Origin: Polyangiaceae bacterium
Lineage (GTDB): Bacteria > Myxococcota_A > Polyangia > Polyangiales > Polyangiaceae
DNA: 64,000 nucleotides
NCBI GenBank assembly: GCA_044376115.1
Contig: JBILLK010000006.1
Coordinates: 1-64,000, forward strand
Reading direction: 5' to 3'
The position numbers and the translations under genes were made by a program. Positions 54,354 to 62,386 of this stretch are shown here, one piece after another; within the stretch, counting starts at the first letter, position 1, and each line of letters opens with the position of its first letter. The notes under the pieces are model-generated. The model was not told where the DNA came from and did no database searches. It saw only the letters and a program-made list of their open reading frames with translations.

Positions 54354-55718
54354 GTGCGCGCGCTGATTGCAGCCTTTGGGGTGACCGCTCTCATAACGAC
54401 GTTACCTAGTGTAGAGGCTCGAGCCGCCGAGCGCGCGGTTGCGCCGCAGAGTGTCGCCACGGTCAGCGCGGAAGAGCGCTTCGTTCGTGAGGCGCTAAGC
54501 GACGCTGGAGGTGCCCTGGTTCAGCAGCGCACAGCGTTTCTGGAGGCCGGTCGCATTGTCCAGTTGGCAAGCGTCGCGAGCGAGCCGACGCGTTGCTCGG
54601 TGTTCGTCCTGCTGAGCACGCGCAACCTGAGCTTTTCGGCGAGTCTCTCGGGGACGAAGCGGCCCGCTGAAGTGGCGTTAGCGCAGCTGCGCGACGCGAC
54701 CGAAGGCGGCACGACGACCAAGAACAGCGAGAATGGCCTGCTCTTGCTTCACACCTGCACCGAACCAAACGAGGCCGCGAGCGAGGCCGGGGTGCTCGCG
54801 CGGATGAGCTCGGCGCGCGGGACGGTCTCGGCGCTAGGCACCACCGTTTCGCGCAGCCTCGACGTAGGCGACCTCGAGCGACGGCTTCGCAGTGGGCTCG
54901 GCCTGATTGATGGCCCCGCTCCAGCCCGAATCGATCTCGGCCCGCCACTTCGCGCTGAGCCGCTGACAACGCGGCGGGCGCGTGGCTCCGTACGCGCGCG
55001 GGCTGCAGGAGCAAGCAACGTCCTCTTTAGTGAAGGGCGCTCCGACGCGGTGGGGGAGGGCGTGGCTGAGTTGGTGCTAACGCGGGGCTGTCACACCGTT
55101 TCCGTCTATGGTGCGGATGGCAATGCGGCGCAGGACGTGGACGCCGAACTCGTGGACGCCGAGACCGCCGAGCGCATCGACCGTGACCGCTCGGAGCTCG
55201 CCGACGCCTTCCTTGCGGTGTGCGTGATGCGTCGGCGCTCGGTGCGCGTGAGCTGGCGGGGGGCTCTTCCCGCACAAAAGGTGCTGCTGGAAGACGCCGT
55301 TTCTGCGATCGGGACGGGTATCCCGGAGGCCTACGGCGAACGCGCTGCGGCGGGGTTTGCGGCGCTCTTTCATGAGCGCGAGACCGCAAGTCCAAGCGTC
55401 GAGCCCATCTTCGAGACGATGGGGGCACAGGGGAACGTCGAACTCACCATCGATGCCGAACCTGGCCGCTGTTATCTCGCCGCGGCGGCGCTGATTCGCG
55501 GAGCTTCACGCGGGATGCGCCTGGTCGCTGGGGATGCAGCAAAAGCGAGCCTGGTGGAAGCTCAAACTGGGAGCGAGGCCGGGCTCGTGCATTTCTGTAC
55601 GAGCAGCGAGAAAGCGTCGTTGGTGGTGGATGTACCGGGCGGGTCGATCGCCTGGGTCGGCGTTGTTTGGCTCGTCGGCGCGCAGACGCTCGGTGCCGCT
55701 GTGCAGGGGGAGCCATGA
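54354..55718 (+). CDS. Exported hypothetical protein with repeated Cys-bounded beta modules
   Basis: Signal peptide; GCHTVSV..QDVDAEL, PGRCYLAAA modules. Confidence 0.75.
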   Translation: MRALIAAFGVTALITTLPSVEARAAERAVAPQSVATVSAEERFVREALSDAGGALVQQRTAFLEAGRIVQLASVASEPTRCSVFVLLSTRNLSFSASLSGTKRPAEVALAQLRDATEGGTTTKNSENGLLLLHTCTEPNEAASEAGVLARMSSARGTVSALGTTVSRSLDVGDLERRLRSGLGLIDGPAPARIDLGPPLRAEPLTTRRARGSVRARAAGASNVLFSEGRSDAVGEGVAELVLTRGCHTVSVYGADGNAAQDVDAELVDAETAERIDRDRSELADAFLAVCVMRRRSVRVSWRGALPAQKVLLEDAVSAIGTGIPEAYGERAAAGFAALFHERETASPSVEPIFETMGAQGNVELTIDAEPGRCYLAAAALIRGASRGMRLVAGDAAKASLVEAQTGSEAGLVHFCTSSEKASLVVDVPGGSIAWVGVVWLVGAQTLGAAVQGEP

Positions 55719-57349
55719 GACGTTGCTGCTCGCTGCTGCTGCTCTTGGCCGGGTGTGTCGAGCCGGCTCCAGCCTGTCCTACGGCGCCATTGCACGTAGT
55801 GGACGCAGCACCGTCTGACCTGCTCGACAAGATAGCGCTCGCCGCCGAAGCCAGCGGGGCTGGCAAGTTCGTCGCCATCTCCGACGCGCTGCTCTCGGAG
55901 GGAGATCGCGTCGGTGACTTCTTCGCGCCATCCTCGAAGGAGTGTTTCATCGTCTATGCACGCGCGAGCGATGGGGTTCGCGATTTGGACCTCTTCGTTT
56001 TTGGTGACGAAGGCAGCGCGCTGGCCTCGGATGAAGGCGGTTCGGCCCAGAGCGCAATCATGATCTGTCCGCCCTTTCCGGGTCGTGTGTTCGCGTCCGC
56101 GCGTGTTGCCAGCGGAGCGGGGCGAGTCGCGATCGGTGCCCACCCGGTCCCGGTAAACCGCGCTGTCGCTGTTGCGGGCGCAGTCAACGCGAGGGTGCCA
56201 GGCGAAGAGTCCGGCCGGCTCGAGAGTTGGCCGGGGCTCGAGCTGAAACTTGCCGCTCATCGCAAGCAGTTGGGCGCAAGTTGGGAGGACATCCGCCGGT
56301 TCGCCACAGTGGTAGATCCACGTGCCGCTACGCGAGCGACGGTGCCGATCGCGGCGCAGACCTGCATCGACGTCTTGGCGGTTCCTTCCGAGGAGGTGCC
56401 CTCTCTCGAGCTGATGGTCGAGGCCGACGACGGACGCGTCGTGGCGCGCGGCGAGGCTCACGGCCGCGATCGCGCGTTGGTCATGTGCTCCGAGCTTGGT
56501 GAGTCGGTCACGCTGGTGCTGCGCCCGCGCAGCACCAGCGGCCACGTGGCGTTGATCGTCGGCAAGTCGCGCGGAGCTGTTGCTCCGGAGCTATCGAGTT
56601 CGGTTGCCGTTCGCCGAGCAACGCCGAAGGGGACGGCAGAGCAGGCTCGTGAGGCGTTTGAGGCCGAGCTTGGAAGCCTTTGGGGCAAGCCCACCGCGGT
56701 CGGTAAGGGGGTGGCGTTGGTCGGGTCGCGCGTCAGCCTGCCGGTCAAGCTCCCCGCCGGTTGTTCACGCTTGGACGTCCATGCAGGAGAGCCGCTCGGT
56801 CCCTTCGATGTCGGCTTGTGGACCGACGATGGCGTGCTTCTTGGGGAGAGCGCCGCAGGGCGCCGAGCAACGGTGGTGGCTTGTCGGGAGAAGGCCGTCG
56901 AGGCCAGGCTCGACGTCGGCTCGGACGGTCGACCTGGCCCATTCATCGTCGAGCGGCGCACGTTGACTACCCCGCCTGCTGCCCTGCTTGCTCACCCGCT
57001 CGCGTTGTCGCGCCTGTTCGAGCGGTTGCGCGGCCTCGATGAACCAACGCCCAGCGAACTAGCGACGGCTGTCTCGCTCGAACTGCCTGCACGTCGTCGT
57101 GTCGATACCACGTTTGAACTTGGCGCCGATGAGTGCCTCGAGCCCGTGGTCGCGCTCGACGATGAGTCCAACGGCGGCATCGATTTGCGGCTGGCAAACG
57201 AAGCGAGCTCGGACAACGTCCTCGGCCGAGGGCGCTTCGTCGCGAGTCAACGGCTATGCGTGAGCGAAGCCGCACGTGTGCGGCTCGAGCTCCGCGCCGA
57301 CCATGGACCGCAAAAGGGCTTGCTTCTGGTTCGCAGAAGCAAGCCCTAG
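55715..57349 (+). CDS. Lipoprotein with four repeated Cys-bounded modules (C...DLDL...C type)
   Basis: ATGA overlap; LLLAGC lipobox; ECFIVYARAS.GVRDLDL, TCIDV, GCSRLDV, ECLE..GIDLRL. Confidence 0.78.
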   Translation: MRRCCSLLLLLAGCVEPAPACPTAPLHVVDAAPSDLLDKIALAAEASGAGKFVAISDALLSEGDRVGDFFAPSSKECFIVYARASDGVRDLDLFVFGDEGSALASDEGGSAQSAIMICPPFPGRVFASARVASGAGRVAIGAHPVPVNRAVAVAGAVNARVPGEESGRLESWPGLELKLAAHRKQLGASWEDIRRFATVVDPRAATRATVPIAAQTCIDVLAVPSEEVPSLELMVEADDGRVVARGEAHGRDRALVMCSELGESVTLVLRPRSTSGHVALIVGKSRGAVAPELSSSVAVRRATPKGTAEQAREAFEAELGSLWGKPTAVGKGVALVGSRVSLPVKLPAGCSRLDVHAGEPLGPFDVGLWTDDGVLLGESAAGRRATVVACREKAVEARLDVGSDGRPGPFIVERRTLTTPPAALLAHPLALSRLFERLRGLDEPTPSELATAVSLELPARRRVDTTFELGADECLEPVVALDDESNGGIDLRLANEASSDNVLGRGRFVASQRLCVSEAARVRLELRADHGPQKGLLLVRRSKP

Positions 57350-57380
57350 CGAGGCTGCACTCAAACTGCGATGACGCAGA

Positions 57381-59003
57381 TCAGGGCGTGCAGACCCCGG
57401 TGCCCATGTTGCACATTGCAGGGCCAATCCCGGTGCAATCCGTATTGTCGTTGCAGCCGCAGATGTTGGCGGCCAAACAATCGTGCCCGTCGTTGTTGGT
57501 CGCACACTCCGCGTCGAGCACACACTCGACACAGGTGTTCATGCCGACGAGGCAAGCAGGCGTTGGCGCGCTGCAGCCCATGTTGTTGATGCAATCTACA
57601 CACGTAGCCGTGGCGACGACGCATTGCTCGCCGGCGGCGCAGCCGCCCGTCGCGTCGCAGTTTACGCAGGTGTTGGTGGTGGTGTTGCATTGGTCGTTCG
57701 CGCCGTTGCACCCGCCGTCGTCGACGCAATCCACGCAAAGGTTGGTGGTGGTGTTGCACTGATCGGTGCCAGAGCAGCCAGCGTTGTTGATGCAATCGAC
57801 GCAGGTGTTGTTGGTCGTGTTGCATTGCTGGCCGGACGCACAGCCGGAATCATTGATGCAATCGACGCAGGTGTTGTTGGTCGTGTTGCATTGCTGGCCA
57901 GACGCACAACCGGAATCATTGATGCAGTCGACGCAGGTTGCCGAAGCTACGATGCACTGTTCGCCGTTTGCACAGCCCCCGCTTGCATCGCAGTTCACAC
58001 ATTGATTCGTGCCGGTATTGCACTGGTCGTTTACACCCGAGCAACCCGCGTCGCTGGTGCAGTCGACACAGGTTCCACTGCCATTACACTGGCCTGCCGT
58101 GGGCGGGCTGCAGGTTACGCCGGCGGCGATATTGATGGTTGATGCCGCTCCATTCGAGCAGGAAGGCGCGACACAATCGTTCGGCGTGACGTCGTCCGCG
58201 GGGTCGCTGTTGTCCGCTCCCGAGACGGCGTCGATCGACGTACCATCGCAGACGAGCTGTTGGCAGTTGCCATCGATGCCATCGTCGGCAAAGGGCCCAG
58301 CGGGAACGGGGGCGGTTTCACATAGGCCAGCGGTGCACACCGGGTTCCCGCAGTCGGTATCGAGCCCCGGGTCGGTGCAGTCACCGGCGTCATTGCACGA
58401 GCAGGACCCGTTCAAACATTGGAAGGCGTCGTTGCGGCCGCAGCTGTTCGTGTTGTTGACGAGCGTCGGCATGCCGGCGGCATCGCAGCCCTCGGTGGTG
58501 CAAGGGTTGCCGTCCTCATCGGTCGGGATATCGGTCTCGTCGGGCGCGGTGCCGGGGACGTCGCCGTTGCAGGCAGGCTGCTGGCAGTCGTTGGGCACGT
58601 CAGGCGGTAGCTGCGTCGGGTCAGGCGTCGTGCCGGGGGTGCTGCCGTTGCAGATGGGGAGCTTGCAGTCCTGCGGCACGTCTGTCGGTAGGTCGGTCGG
58701 GGCGGGGTTCGAGACCTGCTCGGTGCCCTCGCAGACGTTCTCTTTGCAGTCACCATCCACTTGGACGAGCGTGAAAACCTCCGCAGCGGGGTGCAGGCAG
58801 TTCCCCTCGACGTCGCATACGTCGTCGGTGCACGGGTTATCGTCATCACAGTCAACGCCCCCGCAAACATCGCCACCAGTTCCGCCGGTTCCGCCGCTTC
58901 CACCCCCTCCCGTCGGGCGGAAGCGTTCGAAGTCTTGAAGGCACCCCGAGCCAGCGAGCACCAAAAGCGGAAGACCAACAATCGCCGAAAGTCGAAGTGC
59001 CAA
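57381..59003 (-). CDS. Cys-rich tandem-repeat surface lipoprotein
   Basis: GAGG + TTG at 59003; AGSGC lipobox; CDDDNPCTDD.C motif; nine CV(D/N/E)C....C.....C repeats of ~22 aa. Confidence 0.87.
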   Translation of the reverse strand: MALRLSAIVGLPLLVLAGSGCLQDFERFRPTGGGGSGGTGGTGGDVCGGVDCDDDNPCTDDVCDVEGNCLHPAAEVFTLVQVDGDCKENVCEGTEQVSNPAPTDLPTDVPQDCKLPICNGSTPGTTPDPTQLPPDVPNDCQQPACNGDVPGTAPDETDIPTDEDGNPCTTEGCDAAGMPTLVNNTNSCGRNDAFQCLNGSCSCNDAGDCTDPGLDTDCGNPVCTAGLCETAPVPAGPFADDGIDGNCQQLVCDGTSIDAVSGADNSDPADDVTPNDCVAPSCSNGAASTINIAAGVTCSPPTAGQCNGSGTCVDCTSDAGCSGVNDQCNTGTNQCVNCDASGGCANGEQCIVASATCVDCINDSGCASGQQCNTTNNTCVDCINDSGCASGQQCNTTNNTCVDCINNAGCSGTDQCNTTTNLCVDCVDDGGCNGANDQCNTTTNTCVNCDATGGCAAGEQCVVATATCVDCINNMGCSAPTPACLVGMNTCVECVLDAECATNNDGHDCLAANICGCNDNTDCTGIGPAMCNMGTGVCTP

Positions 59004-59148
59004 GAGAACCTCGCGAGCAGGAGTATGCGTGCAGCATACAGGTAAACTGGCCGTTCTAACAAACCCTGGTCCCAAGCCGCCGAAGCGAGCCCGCGAGCTT
59101 GCTGTGCCGATCCATTGACGCTAGGCTCCGGTATCTCCTCGGGGGAAC

Positions 59149-61284
59149 GTGGCCACAGCAAACCCGCTTCAGCAACCAGCGCCCAGTGCGAGCAACGTGC
59201 TCGGGAAGTTCAAGCTCATCGCGGAGCTGGGGCGGGGTGGCATGTCCGAGGTCTACCTGGCGGTCATTGCGGGGCCTGCAGGCTTCAACAAGCTCGTCGT
59301 GGTCAAGCTGATCAAGGCGGAACTCGCAGAAGATCCTGACTTCATCAGCATGTTCTTGGAAGAGGCGCGTCTCTCCGCGCGGCTCAGCCACCCCAACGTC
59401 GTCCAGACCAACGAGGTCGGCGAGTTCAACGGTCGTTACTACATCGCCATGGAGTACTTGGAGGGCCAGGCCTACAGCCGGATCCTTCATCGCCTAGGCC
59501 GAGATCGTGGTCTGCCGCTGGGTATGTCGCTGAGAACGTTGAGCGACGTGCTGCAAGGGCTTCACTACGCCCACGAGCTAGCCGATTTTGACGGTTCGCC
59601 TCTCGGCGTGGTTCATCGAGATGTCACACCTCACAACGTTTTCATCACCTACGACGGTCAGGTGAAGGTGGTGGATTTCGGCATCGCCAAGGCGATGAAC
59701 TCTTCGCACGAGACGCGAACCGGCATGCTCAAAGGCAAAGTCGGTTACATGGCGCCCGAGCAGGCACGCGGGGAGCGTGTGGACCGTCGCGCAGATATTT
59801 TCAGCGTTGGCGTGATGTTGTGGGAAGCGGCAGTCGGTAAGCGGCTTTGGAAGGGCCTCAACGAGGTGCAGATCCTTCATCAGCTGCTGTCCGGGGAGAT
59901 CCCATCGCCACGGTCGATGCGCCCGGACATCTCGCTTCAGCTCGAGAGCATCATCATGAAGGCCGTGGCGATGGACCGAGATCGTCGGCACTCCACAGCG
60001 CTCGAACTCCAAAGCGAGCTCGACGAGCTGATGGACTCAGGCAGTGAGCGCTCCACGCTGCGAGAAGTTGGTCGCTTGCTCTCAACGACCTTCGAGGATG
60101 AGCGGCGCAAGCTAAAGGGCATCATCGAGCAGCAGGTCGCAAAGTCGTCCATGTTGGCGACGGGGCTTTACCAGCAGATGCCGTTGCCTGCGGTGGAGCA
60201 GCCCAACTTCACTGGCGAGGTGCCGCGTCTTTCGATGGGGCCGATGTCCGGATCGATGGGCTCGCACACCGGGGCCTCCAACAGTTTTCAGCCGCAGTAC
60301 ACCGGGCAACAGCCCGTGCAGCCGAGCCCGACGTTCCAGGGGCATTCCCCGTCGTACTCCCACCCGGGCGCACAGTTCGCCCATCAAACGGGCTCGTTCC
60401 AGAACCAAAGTCAGCTGGGTTCCAACCCCCAGCAGGGCTCCAACGCCGCGCCCTCGCACCCTGGTAGCGGCTCGCACCCTGGTCATTCACACGTCGCTAG
60501 TGGTTCGCACCCCGGCGTCTCGCAGCACGCGGGTCACAGTTTCTCCGGCTCCTATCCCGGGGCTGGCGCGCACCCAGGCCTCCATAGCTCAATCCCTCGC
60601 TTCTCCCCGCCCATGAGCGGGAGTGAGCCTGGCCACAGCTCGCAACCGAGCTTCTCCAACTCAATCAATCACGCCAGCGTCGCAACGCCTCGCGCGGCGA
60701 AGCCTTCCACCAACCGGCTCACGCTGGTTGCCCTCGGGGTCGCCGCAGCGGCGGGCGGGGCTGCAGCGCTGCTCTACGTCGGTTTTTCGAAAGCCCCCGC
60801 AAGCGCTCCCGTAGCCGCGAGCGCCCCCGCAGCTGTCGCAAGCCAGGCGGCGGTTCCCGCTCCAGCCCCGACGGCAAGCCCCGTTGCTCTCGCGACCGCA
60901 CCCCAGAGCGCAGACGCAGCGACCAGCCACAAGCTCAAGGTGAAGGTCTCTCCCGATACGGCTGACATCTTTCTCGATGGAAAGAAGGTCGGAACGGGCA
61001 GCTATGAGGGGCTGCTCAAGGCAGATGGCACGGAGCATGAGTTGAAGGTGGACGCCCCTGGTTACGCGTCAAAGTCGCGGACGCTCACAGGCTCTGAAGA
61101 CGTGACGTGGGACGTCGAGTTGACGGCGGAACGGCGCACAACGGGCGGTCCTGTCACCAAGTCGACGGCTGCCCCTACGGCGGATCCGACCCCTGTTCCC
61201 ACGGCCACCGCCACGGGACCGCTGCGAGACAGCAAGGGCCGGGTGATTCGGCCAATCGATTCCAGTTATCCCGGCGGCAACTGA
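59149..61284 (+). CDS. Ser/Thr kinase - low-complexity linker - TM - PEGA domain
   Basis: LGRGGMSEVY, VVVK, HRDVTPHN, DFG, GKVGYMAPE; TM; IFLDG...HELKVDAPGY. Confidence 0.95.
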   Translation: MATANPLQQPAPSASNVLGKFKLIAELGRGGMSEVYLAVIAGPAGFNKLVVVKLIKAELAEDPDFISMFLEEARLSARLSHPNVVQTNEVGEFNGRYYIAMEYLEGQAYSRILHRLGRDRGLPLGMSLRTLSDVLQGLHYAHELADFDGSPLGVVHRDVTPHNVFITYDGQVKVVDFGIAKAMNSSHETRTGMLKGKVGYMAPEQARGERVDRRADIFSVGVMLWEAAVGKRLWKGLNEVQILHQLLSGEIPSPRSMRPDISLQLESIIMKAVAMDRDRRHSTALELQSELDELMDSGSERSTLREVGRLLSTTFEDERRKLKGIIEQQVAKSSMLATGLYQQMPLPAVEQPNFTGEVPRLSMGPMSGSMGSHTGASNSFQPQYTGQQPVQPSPTFQGHSPSYSHPGAQFAHQTGSFQNQSQLGSNPQQGSNAAPSHPGSGSHPGHSHVASGSHPGVSQHAGHSFSGSYPGAGAHPGLHSSIPRFSPPMSGSEPGHSSQPSFSNSINHASVATPRAAKPSTNRLTLVALGVAAAAGGAAALLYVGFSKAPASAPVAASAPAAVASQAAVPAPAPTASPVALATAPQSADAATSHKLKVKVSPDTADIFLDGKKVGTGSYEGLLKADGTEHELKVDAPGYASKSRTLTGSEDVTWDVELTAERRTTGGPVTKSTAAPTADPTPVPTATATGPLRDSKGRVIRPIDSSYPGGN

Positions 61285-61346
61285 ACTCTGGGGCGAGGTA
61301 GCGACGCCGGGTTGGCCGTTTCTTGTGCGGCTGGTACCGTTTCGGC

Positions 61347-62345
61347 ATGAAGTCGCTTTGGGGTTCGCTTCGTTCGATTGGGCTCGCAGCGGCCTGTTCT
61401 TGTGCGCTGGCCGCGCCCCTTGCCCTCCCGTCTCAGGTTCTCGCGCAAACCGCGAGCCAGACCAAGGCCGAGGAGGCCAAGGCTCGCTACACCAAAGGTG
61501 TCGAGCTCCACACCGAGGGCGATTACCAATCAGCCTTGATCGAATTCAAACGCTCGTACGAGCTCGTGCCCAACTACCACGTGCTCTTCAACATTGGGCA
61601 GGTGTACTTCCAGTTAGCCGACTACGCGAATGCGCTGCGTACGCTCGAGCAGTACTTGGAGGAAGGCGGCAAACGTATCCCGGTATCCCGGAAGTCCGAC
61701 GTTGATCGAGACGTCGAGAAACTGAGGGCCCGCGTGGCGACCGTAACGGTGAAGGTCAACGTGCCCGGAGCCGAGGTGCGCGTCGATGACCAATTGGTCG
61801 ACGTTCCGGCCAACAACAAGGTGTTGGTGAGCGCCGGTAAGCGCAAGTTCGAGGTGAGCAAGCCGGGCTACAAGCTGTTGTCGAAAACAGAGGAGATCGC
61901 TGGCGAAGAGACGCGCGAGATGAGCTTTGAGCTTGTTCCTGACACCAACCCCGAGAAGGGCGGCCCAGTGATCGTACCGGGGCCCGCGGTTGAGGCAGGG
62001 CCGCCCGTCGTGCCGATCATCTTGTGGTCGCTGACCGGTGCTTTGGCCGTTGGGACCGGGGTGACCGGGGCTTTGGCACTAACGGCTGATTCGACGCTCG
62101 ATCGACTCAAGACCGAGCCCGGGAACACCGAGCAGCAGATCGTCGAGCAAGCCGATTCGGCGAAGACGTTGGCCCTCGTCACAGACATCCTGCTCGCGGG
62201 GACCGCCGTCTCCGCTGGCGTAGCTACTGTGTTCACCATCCTCGAGCTAAGCAGTGGCCCGGAGCAACCCGCTGCAGCGCCGTCGGCCGTCGAGGCCCGG
62301 CTCCGGGTCACGCCGCTCGGCCTTTCACTCGAAGGTACGTTCTAG
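61347..62345 (+). CDS. Exported TPR-PEGA protein with hydrophobic hairpin and C-terminal Phe
   Basis: EAKARYTKGVELHTEGDYQSALIEFKRSYEL.PNY.VLFNIGQ TPR; VPGAEVRVDD..KPGY PEGA; ends GLSLEGTF. Confidence 0.9.
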   Translation: MKSLWGSLRSIGLAAACSCALAAPLALPSQVLAQTASQTKAEEAKARYTKGVELHTEGDYQSALIEFKRSYELVPNYHVLFNIGQVYFQLADYANALRTLEQYLEEGGKRIPVSRKSDVDRDVEKLRARVATVTVKVNVPGAEVRVDDQLVDVPANNKVLVSAGKRKFEVSKPGYKLLSKTEEIAGEETREMSFELVPDTNPEKGGPVIVPGPAVEAGPPVVPIILWSLTGALAVGTGVTGALALTADSTLDRLKTEPGNTEQQIVEQADSAKTLALVTDILLAGTAVSAGVATVFTILELSSGPEQPAAAPSAVEARLRVTPLGLSLEGTF

Positions 62346-62359
62346 CGAGTTCAGCGGCG

Positions 62360-62386
62360 CGCATGCCGCTATCATAGCGGCATGCG
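62360..62386. promoter_or_regulatory. Perfect 13-1-13 palindrome covering a TATCAT -10-like hexamer and the GH31 start codon
   Basis: CGCATGCCGCTAT-C-ATAGCGGCATGCG. Confidence 0.55.
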
